The notes beneath the pieces are model-generated. The model made no database searches and was not told where the DNA came from. It saw nothing but the letters and a program-made list of their open reading frames with translations. The translations under genes and the position numbers were made by a program. A DNA stretch of 64,000 bases from Vicugna vicugna (taxonomy: Eukaryota). Within the stretch, counting starts at the first letter, position 1. Each line of letters opens with the position of its first letter. The DNA is taken from assembly GCA_013265495.1 (NCBI GenBank), contig MU058337.1, positions 6,120,716 through 6,184,715 on the forward strand, read 5' to 3'. Positions 14,421 through 27,395 of the stretch are shown piece after piece.

Positions 14421-16033
14421 AACCAAACACATGGCCATGAAGACAAAGAGACAACCTAGAAACATATCCTATAAAATTTACAGAGATTCAATGACAAAGT
14501 GCTAGAAATGGATGGGGGTGTTGGTTGCACAGTAACTGTAGATGTACTTAATGCCACTGAATTGTACAATTACAAATGAATAATGTGGTAAATTTTGTTA
14601 CGTATATTTTATAATTTTAAAAAACTTATAGTCATCACAATTTCCAGACTATCACTGACAAGCAACTGTGAAAACAATGCAGTTTTAGAGCTAATAGATA
14701 TAAATAGTACCACTTAAGAAAAATTGTAACAAGGGAGGAAAAAAGAAAAAAACAGAAACAAGAAAATAACAATAATGAGAATATGGGCACAGCTCTGGCT
14801 TGTAATCATTTACCACTTACTAAAGAGAAGCTACCACATATTATTCAAGACTTTAATCATAAAGACTTACATTTAGATATATCAGATTTCTGAATATAGA
14901 CTTCTGAAACAATGGAACAGAATTCTTAATAGGATTAAGAAATACTCTGCATGGTAACCAGTGTATTTTTAAGTGTTTCCAAACCATATGACTAGCTAAA
15001 TGTTCCTTCTAATAATTTAAATACGGATAGCTACCACCAGCATAAGATCTCAGATACCACCAGAGCCCAGACAGAACTATCACTGCTCAATATGTGCCAC
15101 TAACTGATGATACTACACAGAAAAGTGAGTCATCAAGATATTCTTAAGTTTACTTTATTTTACTTTAATTACCCAAGTAATATAAGAATACACTAGCTTA
15201 ATATAAAATTTAAAAGTTTAAGTAATACACGTAACCATTACTTTCCACCCCCTTAATGGCAACCCAGTCCCACTTTCTACCCTAAAAGAAATTATCAACA
15301 GTTTCTGCACATGTCCTTTCAGACCTACCTAAATATTTTCATATGTATATATAGATATAAAAGTGTAGAGCTTTATTTTGTGCTCAAGACTTTCTTAGCA
15401 TAAACTGTAATACACTACATGTCATTCTTATAACTTGCTTAACTGCTACACAACATTCCTAATAACCTAGGTAAACCATAACTATTTAACCTTTCATCCA
15501 ATAATGGATATTGTTTCCAGTTAGCAGGTATTATAAAATACAGTAAGATTCCCTGAACATGTCAATCTGTATGTATGTGCATAATTCTGAAAGAAAAAGA
15601 TCTGAAAGTGTATAGGTTACAAACTAATGCTTAAACGCTTACATCAATTAACATGTCTAACAGAGATGAATTTCCCCACACCACACCATCAGTGAACATG
15701 GTTGATCTAATTTTATTAATCTAATGAAGAAAAATGATTCCTTACTGTTTTTTATGATTTGCATTTCTCTAATTAACAGTGACTTTGGGCATATTTGCAT
15801 GTTTGTGAGCTAATCCGTACTTCCTTTGACCATCAACCATTTTTAAATTGAATACAATAAAGATCTTATAAAGAACCAAAGGTATCTTTGTTTTTTTTTA
15901 TTACATATAATATCTTAGCATTGTTCTTGTTCAAAATAAAGCTAACAATTCTTCTGACCATACCTCCATCCCCATTACATTTTCTCTCTCCAGTAATCAC
16001 TTCTCAGGTGCATTCTTAGACCTTTGTCTATGC

Positions 16034-16305
16034 CAGAGGATCTCAATGGGGAGTAATTTTGTTCTGCAAGACACAGCTGGCAATGTTGAGAGACAGTTTT
16101 GTTTGTCACACCTGTGGGCTGGAGGGAATGCTACTGATAGATTGGTGGACAGAGGACAAAGATACTTCGAAATATCCAATAATGAGCAGGACAGCCACCT
16201 ATAACAAAGAATTATTTAATCCCAAATACCAATAGTGCAGGGGTAGGGGTCAGGGGTAGAGTATTTGACTGCAAAATACAACAGTGTCACTGTTGAGAAC
16301 CTCTG
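16034..16305. mobile_element. MER20 hAT DNA transposon
   Basis: TIRs CAGAGGATCTCAA / TTGAGAACCTCTG. Perfect 8-bp TSD GTCTATGC at 16026-16033 and 16306-16313. Internal sequence is MER20-like. Confidence 0.88.
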
Positions 16306-16976
16306 GTCTATGCTTTTATATGATGTATGTAACTATAACAATACATATTTTTAGTGTGGGATTTTCTAACATTAATAGTATTTTTGCATCATCTGTGTCA
16401 TTCTTACAAGTTCTTTTTCAGTCTTTAATATATCTTAAGAGATGTTCTGTCAATATAGAGATCTACCTCATTATTTTCTAACTACTAAAGAATACCAAGA
16501 TATGGCCCTAACAGTTTGCCAATTAATTTTCCCTGCTGATGGACACTTAGCATGGAGGAATCACCCAGCTGGATGATCGTAGTGACGTTTCCTAAACAGC
16601 AATCCTGTCAATTGCCCCAGGCCCCACTTCTCACTCTGGATCTCTCTTCTGGAGCTGCTCCCTCCTTTACCATCATCCTGTCCTGCCTATGTTATGGACT
16701 GGGGTTTTCCACTAAATGATCCCATCTGCTATCTGTCTTTCAGAAATTCCTCACCATTTCCAGGACCATACTCCTTGCTCTGTTTTACATCAAAATTTCG
16801 GTTTATTTTCACTTTGGATTTTTCTTTTTAACTGTTTCCCTTCCCTGGGAATTTGGGACAGGAAGATGAAATCTGACTAATCCCATCAGCATGAACTAAA
16901 AGTCAGGACCTCTCAAATGTACTTCTTACCACAGAAAATACAGTATGTACATTTTAATTAAAAAAATAAAAAACTA

Positions 16977-19833
16977 TAGAGAAAAGCACGATGGTGGAGT
17001 AGAAGGACACTTGTAGCTCACCCTCTTCCCACAAATACACCAAAACTCACATCTACGGACCCAATCAGCCAACCAGAGCACCTGCCGAACTCCGACAGAA
17101 CATTGCCCTCTTGGAAAGACAAAGACGCCAAAAAACTGGTAGAAGAAAAGGAAAAAAGAAAGAAGAAAAAACAAAACAGTGTGGACCGGCCCTGTGGGGA
17201 GGCAGCAGCAAAGGAGGAATAGCTTTCCTTTGCTGGGTCTCCCCCCTCCAAAGGAGAGGCCAGTGGGACGGAGGGGGAGCCTCTGAGGCTCAGATCTTCC
17301 CTGAGCACCCCTTCACCGACAGAACTAAGTTAAACGGCACAAAGGGTCCCTGTGACACCCAGCCCGAGAGGCAAGCTGGCAGCTGGGGCTGGGACAGGCT
17401 GCCCGAGCCGGGCGGAGGACTGGGGCGGCTGAACTGAGGCAGCCCCAGGGGACAGCACAGTGCTGCATGCCGTGGCTGGGAGGGGATACAGAGCAGAACA
17501 ACCTCGGTCCCCCATAAATTGCAAAAAAAGCAAAGCAACAAGGCTGGTGTGCCCTGGGGGGAGGGGCACTGTAGCCTTTGTCTCCTCAGACCCATGACAC
17601 CATTACTGGTGCTTCTTGCAAGACGAGAGGTGGGGCGCAGCCACAGCCGCTGTCTCCTCCTGTACACAGTGCCCGGGCAGGGGCGGGCTGAGACCTGAAT
17701 CCGCACCTGGGTGCTCCACAACCTCCTAGGCAGAACTGAGACTTGTTTGCAGCCCAAGGCAAATAGGATCTTTCTGAGGGCAGAGATCCTCAGAGAACTT
17801 GAGATGCCAAGACAAACAAGGAGCTGAGATTTGGCACAGAGCAGGGGTGGAGCTGTTCTGCAGTCAGTCTTCTCTGAGCCCGCCTACGGAGCGCCAACCC
17901 GAGACGGATGGGGCAGCTGCACAGAGCAGCGTAATGACCAGTGCCAGGAAAAGGCGGGTGGCCACCCGTTTTCCTGGCAGGAACGCAGCACCTGAACAGT
18001 GCTGGGAGGGAGCATGATCTGCCCACCTGCCTCGCCCGAGGGCAGCATCTGACTGTGGCATCGAGAAGGGGAGTGACCCGCCCACCCACAGAGGACAAAG
18101 CCAGAGAGATATGAGCAATATGAAGAAGCAGAGGAACCACTCCCTATTAAAAGATCAAGAAAAATCCCCTGAAAGCATGATCAAGGAAATAGACATTGAT
18201 GGCCTACCAGATCAAGACTTCAAAAAAGGAGTGATCAAAGTACTGAAGGAACTAAAAGAAATAGTGTTTAGAGATATAAAATACATCAAAAACGAAATAG
18301 AAGCTATAAAGAAGAACCAAGTAGAACTAGTAAACTCATTTGCTGAGAGGAGAGCCGACCTAAAGGCTGTACAAAGCAGGTTAGATAATGCAGAGGAACG
18401 AATAAGTGACCTAGAAGATGGGACAACAGAAAGCACCCAACCAGAACAGCTGAGAGAAAAACAAATAAAAAAAATGAGAACAATATAAGGGACCTATGGG
18501 ATAATATAAAGCGTGCCAATCTACACATAATAGGGATTCCAGAAGGGGAAGAAAGAACAAAGGGGATTGAAAAGGTATTGGAAGAAATCATGACTGAAAA
18601 CTTCCCAAACCTAAAGAAGGAATCAGATATCCAAGTACGGGAGGCTCGGAGGGTCCCAAACAGGAAGGATCCAAACAGACCCACACCAAGACATATCATA
18701 ATCAAGATGGCAAGAGTCAAGGATAAAGAAATGATCTACAGGCAGCAAGAGAAAAACAAAGAGTGAGTTACAAGGGAACCCCCATAAGGCTCTCAGCTGA
18801 TTTCTCTACACAAACACTACAGGCCAGAAGGGTGTGGCAAGATATATTCAAAGTCCTGAATGAAAAAAAGATGCAGCCTAGGATACTCTATCCAGCAAAG
18901 CTATCCTTTAGAATAGAAGAAGAGATAAAGAACTTCACAGACAAGCAAAAACTACGAGTTTAGCAACAACACTAAACCCATGCTAAAAGAAATATTGACA
19001 GGTCTACTCTAAATAGAAAAGAAGCAGGATGCTAGAAAAATGAGAAACTCATAACTGGAAAGGAGATAACTGCCATGAATTACAAAAAGAAGAAACGCAA
19101 AATTGTAAATGAAGACATCTAAATCATGAAGAGTGGGAGAGGGAAGCAAGGAAAGCCACTGTGGAAAACAGTATGGAGATTCATCAAAAGACTAGGAATA
19201 GACTTACCGTATAACCCAGGAATCCTGCTCCTGGGCACATATCCAGAAGGAACCTTACTTCAAAATGACACCTGCACCCCAATGTTCATAGCAGCACTGT
19301 TTATGATAGCCAAGACATGGAACCAGCCTAGATGTCCATCAACAGATGACTGAATAAAGAAGATATGGTATATTTATACAATGGAATACTATTCAGCCAT
19401 AAAAAACAACAACATAATGCCATTTGCAGCAACATGGATGTTCCTGGAGAATGTCATTCTAAGTGAAGTAAGCCAGAAAGAGAAAGAAAAATGCCATATG
19501 AGATCACTCATATGTGGAATCTAAATAAATAAATTAATTAATTAAAACATAAATACAAAACAGAAACAGACTCATACACATAGAATACAAACTTGTTGTT
19601 GCCAAGGGGACAGGGGGTGGGAAGGGACAGATTGGGTTTTTAAAATGTAGAATAGATAAACAAGATTATACTATACAGCACAGGGAAATATATACAAGAT
19701 CTTGTGGTAGCTCACAGCAAGAAAAAAATGTGAGTATGAATATATGAATGTTCATGTATAACTGAAAAATTGTGCTCTACACTGGAATTTGACACAACAT
19801 TGTAAAATGACTATTACTCAATAAAAAAATGTT
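16977..19833 (+). mobile_element. Internally deleted young L1: 5'UTR + ORF1 + partial spacer + last ~122 codons of ORF2 + 3'UTR
   Basis: GC-rich 5'UTR ~16977-18110, ORF1 18111-19012, jump to the ORF2 C-terminus at 19155/19156, ORF2 stop at 19522-19524, AATAAA near 19820. Candidate TSD AAAAACTA at 16969-16976 and 19834-19841. Confidence 0.92.
18111..19012 (+). pseudogene. L1 ORF1 (ORF1p), frameshifted
   Basis: Coiled-coil segment (SRLDNAEERISDLED) plus motifs NLHIIGIPEGEE, RPTPRHIIIK, YKGTPIRLSADFS, ARRVW and PRILYPAKLSF, split over frames by at least three frameshifts. Confidence 0.92.
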
Positions 19834-21614
19834 AAAAACTAAATGGTTTATTAAGGCTTCAAGCTACTTGACTTTTATTTCAAAATCTAACTTTTCTCCA
19901 AATTCAAATGTCTGGCTGCTCAGGAAAGAACACTTGGTGCAGCTGTCAGCATGCCTCTTTTGTATGAAAGAGTAAATAAATGTATTCAAATTAAAAGGAA
20001 CATCTGGGCAACACAAGGTAGAAAATCCTTGTGGCAGCTGGCTCTCTGGACAGAAAGAACTACAGAAAAAGCAGTGCCACCAAAAGAAAAACTGTATATA
20101 ATTAAAAGACAGGAAAATGAATATCTGAGTATTTATTTCAAAACTCAAAATAATAAAACATTTTCCCCCAAAACATTAGCTTCTAATTCCATTTACCCAG
20201 TACTGGTCTCTGCTTTCCACTCTCTTTTCTAATTGAACTAATCTATGTTTCACCCACATTACTTTACCATTAAGTAAACCCTGAACACTTCCCTCTCCCT
20301 TCTCTGACTCATTCCAACATTAATCACAGGTATAAATGCTACAGCAGGGTGTAAAGAGTTATAAATCACAGTCCCCACCACTCTAGGAATTCAGTCTAGT
20401 AAAAAGAGAGACTTCTATGCCAACAGCAATTAAAAGTAATAAATAAGAGTATGTGTATGTTGCTAAAACAGAAAATGGTTTCATGAAAAATCAGTTACTA
20501 AAGTATAAAGCTGGATTTCTAATAAATGGGGAAAAAGTGAGAAGGAAACTACCAATAGAGAAAGAGCAAAATTATGGAATGTGAAAGGTCCCAGCCAACT
20601 GAGAAATTGTGAAATGGCTTGAAACCAAGGTGTATAAGGAGGCACTAACAGGAGAGGAGGGTGGAAGAGAGTGACAGACTAGAAGGAAAACCGGCTTGAA
20701 AGGAATCTTAAATGCCATAGTAGGTTCAGGCTTCAACCAGGAAGTCAGAGGTTCTTAATGTTTATCTCCCATGAAAAGAAAATAATGGTTCACATGAGGA
20801 ATGCTACACTCCATCATAAACGGCAGCTTACTATACATTGCTGCAGCTGGGCCATTCCAAGCAATTAGCCATAAACACTTTTTCTCTCTTAAGAATCTCA
20901 CAGGAAGCTTAACAAATACTGCTGTCAACAATGAAAACTTTTCTTTTCCTCTGACGTTACCTGCCCGAACTTTTCCCATAATATAAGATACACAGCATAA
21001 CACACAGGACACAAACACCCATTCAGCTACATCAAAACCCTTCCACACTTGTTTTTAAGTAATTTTTTACGAAACACCCTGCTCATTCTAATTTCAGCTG
21101 AAATGGTGTAAGCATGTTCCACTCTGTCTGTCCCACTGAATGCAGCTATGAAATCTGAACAGAATACACCAATTAACAATTTGTGAACTCTTTAAAGTAC
21201 AGAGCACAAGGCAGATGGAGGAAGAAGAGTATTCAAATTACTATAAACCAGTGGTGAGTTTAGCACCTTCCTTTCCTCTATGAACCCACTTGCCTGATCA
21301 ACAAAGTCTAATACCAAGCATGCACGGGGGTGCTGACAGAGGTAAGTATTATACTTCTGACTTCAGAAGCAGAAAAGGGAGCCGCCAAGACTTAGAACAC
21401 TACAGAAAACACTCAGGGATTTGGGAGATTTTTTGCTGTTGTTTGTTTTTAACTTTATTCTTTTGTGCCCCAACTCCCCAGTGATTCTATTGCAGTAGCA
21501 GTGCAAAAATTGGGAGCCTACAGGATCCAAAACAGTCAAGATGGAACATTCTTCTCTAATCAATGAAACTGTGGTCCCAAGAGGATGGGTAAATTCCCAC
21601 TACTTACTTTCTTT

Positions 21615-21770
21615 GTTACATAAGAAGAAATAGATATTTGGTCTCTGCCACAAGGTCCTGATACACGCCCCTAAATACTAGTTAATTCCTGATGATACGG
21701 GTGCTAGGAACATCTTTTGTTCTACTATTTGGTCTTTGACCCCAGCTCCTGACAAAGCTTCAAAGACCTT
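21615..21770. mobile_element. MER21-like LTR fragment
   Basis: Repeated TATTTGGTCT(C/T)TG...CCTGA motif typical of MER21-group LTRs. Confidence 0.5.
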
Positions 21771-24598
21771 AGGGGGAAAAAAATAGCATGGTGCTGAGAA
21801 AATATTTTTAAGAAATAATGGCTGAAAACTCCCAAATTCCAAACAGGGTAACATAAGAAATCAACAACCAAACACATCTAATTAAACCATTGAAAACCAG
21901 AAACAAAAAATTCTGAAAGTAAACAAAGAAAAACAACACACTATAGGAAAATAATTACTCAAAGAACTATGGTTTTCACATCAGAAGCTACAGAGACCAG
22001 AAAGAAGTGGTGCAATATCTTGAAGCTGCTAGGAAGAAAGAACTATCAACCAAAATTTCTATGTCCAAACAAAGCATCAGAATAAAGGTGACATAAAGAT
22101 ATTCTCAGGTGAAGGAAAATTTAGTTAACTGCCAGCAAATCAGCTCTATAAGAAGTGCTAAAGGAAGTTCTTCAGGCAGAAAGAGAATAACATGAGAAGA
22201 AATCTGGAACATCAGGAGTGAAGGATAAGCAAAAGAAATAGTAAATATTGGGTGAATATAATAACCAACTTTTCCCCTCCATTCTTTAAAAGGTGTTTGA
22301 CTGTTTAAAGCAAAATCTTAACATTTATGGAGTTTTCAATGTATGTAGATAAACTACATAAAAAAATTGTAACATAAAGGGAAAGAGTAAAGAGACCGCT
22401 ATTGTAGAAAGAGCTCAACATGCCAACTGAGGTGGTAAAATATGGATTCTAAATAGTATGTACATATGTACGTATACTGTAACCTATAGAGTAACCATTA
22501 AAGAAGACTGAACAAGACAAGTCAGAAACACAATAGATGAACTAAAAAGGAATACTAAAAAAGGTTCAAATAATCTGAAAGAAGACACAAAATGGGAAAC
22601 AGGTACTAAAAAACAAGATGGAAAAACAGAAAACAGTAAAATGGCAACCCAAGACCAAAACACATCAATAATTAATCAAAAATTAATAAGGCCCTAAATG
22701 CACAAATTAAAAGACACTGTATAATTGTGTTTTTAAAATGAACAAACTATATGCTACCTAAAAGAAATCACTTCAAATATAATAGTATAGGTAGGTTAGA
22801 AGTAAAATGTTGGGGGAAAAAATACCATGCAATATTTAGTGAAAGAAGGCTGGAATGCTGACATTATTATCAGACAAAACACTTTAGAGTAAAGAAATTT
22901 ACAAGTGATAAAGACTATTACATAATTAGAGGGTCAATTCAACAAAATGATAAAACAATCCTTAATATGTATGTACCCAAATATAGTACTTCATAAACCA
23001 AAAACAGAACTAAAAGCAGGAATAGACAAATATCCAATTACTGTTGGAGACACTAACACTCTTCTCTCAATAACAGAAAACAAATTAGTAGTAGAAAATC
23101 AGCATGAATAGAGAAACTGGACAACACTATCAATCAGCTGTATCTAACTGGCATTTATACACTACTGCATCCAACAACAGAAGATGAAACAGTCTTTACA
23201 ATATATATGAAATAGTCACAGGTAAACAATACCTACATCATGAAACAAACCTTAACACACTGAAAAGAAACAAAATATATAAAATATATTCTCTGGCCAT
23301 AAAGAAATTAAACTGAAAATCAGCAACAGATAACAAAAATCTCCAAACACTTAGAAATTAAACAATTGTAAATAACCTATGGATAAAAGAGGAAAATTAG
23401 AAAATATTTTGAACTTGAACAAAAGTGAAATTACAATACATCAAAAATTATTAGCTATACCTAAAGCAGTGCTTACAGAGAAAATTACAGCATTAAATGT
23501 TTATAATAAAATATATTCCAAATCAATTGTCTAAGCTCCTACCTCAACAAACTAGAAAAGAAAAAAAAAAACTCTGAAGCAAGTAGAAAGAAAATAAGAG
23601 CAGATATCAATGAAATTGAATGAAAAAATAATAGAAAAACTCAAACATAAAGCTAGTTCTTCAAAAATATCAATAAAATTGATTAAGCCTCAAGCAAGAC
23701 TAACAAAGAAACAAGAAGATAGAAGTTATTATCGGTATCAGAAATGAAAGAGGGGTTATCGCCACAGACCAAGAATAATTCTATGCATATAAATTGGACA
23801 ACTCAGGTGAAAAAAAATCAATTCCTCAAAAACAACAAACTAAAAGAAAATACCCAACATGAAATAGAAACCTGAATACTCCTATAACTATTAAACAAAT
23901 TAAATTCATAGCTTAAAATCTTTAGAAGAATTCTTCAGGCTCAGTTGGTTTCACTGGAAAAATCTAACAAACATTTAAAGAAGAAACAAAACCAATTCTA
24001 CACACACTTATTCAAAAAAGAGATGAGAAGGAACATTTCCCAATTCATTTTATAAGGCCAGCATTACCATGATAAGCAAACACTGTATACAAAAAGAAAA
24101 CTGTAGACCAATACTCCCCATATCAATGATGAAAAAATAGTAACAAAATATTAAGAGAGCTAATCTAAAACTAAGACTTGAGAAATACTGGCTGTCAAGA
24201 TGGAAACAACTGTCTGATAAAATCAGAAAAAAGATTTCCCTAAGGATGGTTCAAGCATGATTTTAATAAGCTTAAAGTAATCAGAAGTAGCTGCAGGTTT
24301 TTATTCTTTTTCTAAAAATAATACACCACAGTTAAGAAGAGTTTATCCTGAGAATGCAAGATTAGTTCAATATTTTTTAAAAAATCAGTCGTTCAATGTA
24401 AAATATCATACTACAGTCAAAAGAAAAAACACACATGATCGTATCAATTGATTCAGGAAAAAGACTGATTCATGATAAAAACTCTTGCTAAGCAGAAGTA
24501 GACAGATCTCCCTCAACCTGATAAAGGGCATCTACAAAAATCTACAACTAACAGCAAACTTAACACTGAAGGACTGTTTTCCACTAGATTAGAAACTA

Positions 24599-25609
24599 GA
24601 AAACCGACAAAGGCTTCATCTCCAGAATATATATACGACTCAATAAGAAAAAAATAAACAACCCAATCCAAAAATGGGCAGAAGACCTAAACAAGCAATT
24701 CTCCAAGGAAGACATACAAATGATCAAAAAGCACATGAAAAAATGCTCAATATCACTAATTATCAGAGAAATGCAAATCAAAACTACAATGAGGTATCAC
24801 CTCACACCAGGCAGAATGGCCGTCATTCAAAAATCCACAAATGACAAATGCTGGAGAGGCTGTGGAGAAAGGGGGACCCTCCTACACTGCTGGTGGGAAT
24901 GCAGTTTGGTGCAGCCACTACGGAAAACAGTGTGGAGATTCCTCAAAAGACTAGGAATAGACTTACCATATGACCCAGGAATCCCACTCCTGGGCTTGTA
25001 TCCAGAAGGAAATCTACTTCAGGATGACACCTGCACCCCAATGTTCATAGCGGCACTATTTACAATAGCCAAAACATGGAAACAGCCTAAATGTCCATCA
25101 ACAGGTGACTGGATAAAGAAGATGTGGTATATTTATACAATGGAATACTACTCAGCCATAAAAACCAACAACATAATGCCATTTGCAGCAACATGGATGC
25201 TCCTGGAGAATGTCATTCTAAGTGAAGTAAGCCAGAAAGAGAAAGAAAAATACCATATGAGATCGCTCATATGTGGAATCTAAAAAACAAAAACAAACAA
25301 ACAAAAAAAAAGCATAAATACAGGACAGAAATAGACTCATGGACAGAGAATACAGACTTGTGGTTACCAGGGGGGTAGAGGGTGGGAAGGGATAGACTGG
25401 GATTTCAAAATTGTAGAATAGATAAACAAGATTACACTGTATAGCACAGGGAAATATACACAAAATGTTATGATAAATCACAGAGAAAAAAATGTGACAA
25501 TGAGTGTGTATATGTCCATGAATGACTGAAAAATTGTGCTGAACACTGGAATTTGACACAACATTGTAAAATGATTATAAATCAGTATAAAAAAGTTAAA
25601 AAAAAAAAA
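24599..25609 (+). mobile_element. Young 5'-truncated L1 (ORF2 C-terminus, 3'UTR, poly-A) nested in the old L1
   Basis: Uninterrupted ORF2 frame to the stop at 25283 with intact CCHC motif ([18 protein letters not shown]). Poly-A tail. TSD AGAAACTA at 24591-24598 and 25610-25617. Confidence 0.93.
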
Positions 25610-27395
25610 AGAAACTACACACTATCACCACTCTTACTCCAAATTATACTGTAGAGGTCCTAGCCAGTGCAATAAGGAAAGAAAAAGAAATAAGAGACAT
25701 ACAGATCATAAAAGAAGAAATAAAACTCTTCCTGTTCAGAGATAGCATGATCATCTACCTAAAAATCCAAAGGGATCTACTAAAAATAAACTCCTAAAAC
25801 TAATGAATTTACCAAAATCACAAGATACAAGGTCAACATGTAAACATTAATCACATATCTACTATTTCTAAGGTACACTGGAAACCAAAATTTTTTTAAA
25901 TAATACATTTTAAGAACCTCAAAAAAATTAAATACTTAGGTATAAAAATCTAGCAAAACATGTACAGGATCTTCATGCTGAAAACTATAAATGCTGATCA
26001 AAGATATCAAAGAAGACCTAAATAAAATAAGAGACCTCCCATGCTCATGGATAGGAATCTTCATCATAGTTAAGAAATCATTTCTCCCCAAACTGATCTA
26101 GATTTGACACAATTACAATCAAAATCCCAGCAGGATTTTTAGTAACTATGGACAAAATTCTAAAATTTATATGGGAAAGCACAGAAACCAGACCAGCTGA
26201 AACAATTCAGGATAAAAATGAAGAATAAAGCTGGAGGAATCCAATTTTGACAGTGACTATAAAGCTACAGTAATTAAGACAACATAGTACTGCCAAATGG
26301 ACAGACTTAAAGATCAATGGACTAGAAAAGAGAGTCCAGAAATAGAACCATACAAACCACCATCTGATTTTTTTTTTTTAAAGGCATAAAAGCAATAGAA
26401 GTGGGAAAAGATAACCCTTCAACCAATGGTGTTGGAACAACTCAACATATATATGCAAACAAAACAAATCAAAATACCAACCAAGACTTCAAAACTTCTA
26501 TCTAAAAAATAGATCTTATACCTAAATATAGTAAGAAAAACTGCAAACGTTTTGAGCAAAATCCTCATGACCTACAATTAGACAAAGAGTTTTTAGACAT
26601 GACACTAAAAACACAATCCATAGAAGAAAAAAAGTGGATAAAATGACTTCATCAAAATTAAAAACTTTTGATCTGGAGCAGACCCTGTCAAAAAAATAAA
26701 AAGACAAGCTACCAAATGGAAGAAAATGTTTGCAAAGCATACAGCCAAGAAGGATTTGTATCCAGAATACATATAGAACTCTCTAAGTTCAACAGCAGGG
26801 GAATAAAAAACCCAATTTAAAAAGAGGCTAAAACTTGAACAAAGACTTCACTGAAAAGAATTTAAGGATGGCAAATAAGAACATGAAAAGATGTTAACAC
26901 TTTAGCCACTACTGAAATATAAATTAAAACTACACAGAGATACACTATACATCTATTAGAATGGTTAACATTAAAAATACTGACACTACTAACTGCTGGA
27001 AAGGCTGCAGAACCATTACAATTCTGACATTTTACTGGTAGGAATGCAATATATATGGCAACTCTGGAAAACTATGGCCAGGTTTTAACTAAGTTAAATA
27101 TATACTTACCATATGACTCAGCAATCCTACTCCTAGTTAGCTATTCAAGAGAAATAAAGACTGATATTCAAACAAAAATCTATACACAAATGTTTATAGC
27201 AGCTCTATTCACAATTCTCAAAAGCTTGAAACAACCAAAATGCCCCTCAATGGTTAAATGGATAAACAAACAGCATAGCCATAAAATGCAATTCAACTCA
27301 GTAATCTTAAAAAGGAACAAACTATTAATTCACACAACAATTTGGATGAATCACAAAAGCATTACACTGAGTGAAAGCAGCCAATCTAAAAAATG

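Larger units (their letters stand above)
21090..27395 (+). mobile_element. Old, degenerate near-full-length L1 (L1MD/L1ME-like) hosting later insertions
   Basis: Decayed ORF1 (~21780-22200) and ORF2 (~22640-27395) homology, ending in the ORF2 C-terminal peptide LPYDSAILLL...QMFIAALF...QPKCPS. Confidence 0.8.

Noticed and set aside
17290..18140. Antisense ORFs (155 aa and 116 aa) in the L1 5'UTR as an ORF0 analogue
   Set aside because: GC-rich sequence gives long ORFs by chance, at least the 155-aa ORF lacks an ATG start, and there is no recognisable homology. ORF0 is described for primate L1.
24720..25283. 187-aa ORF as a host gene
   Set aside because: It is the L1 ORF2 C-terminus in a 5'-truncated insertion with poly-A and TSD.
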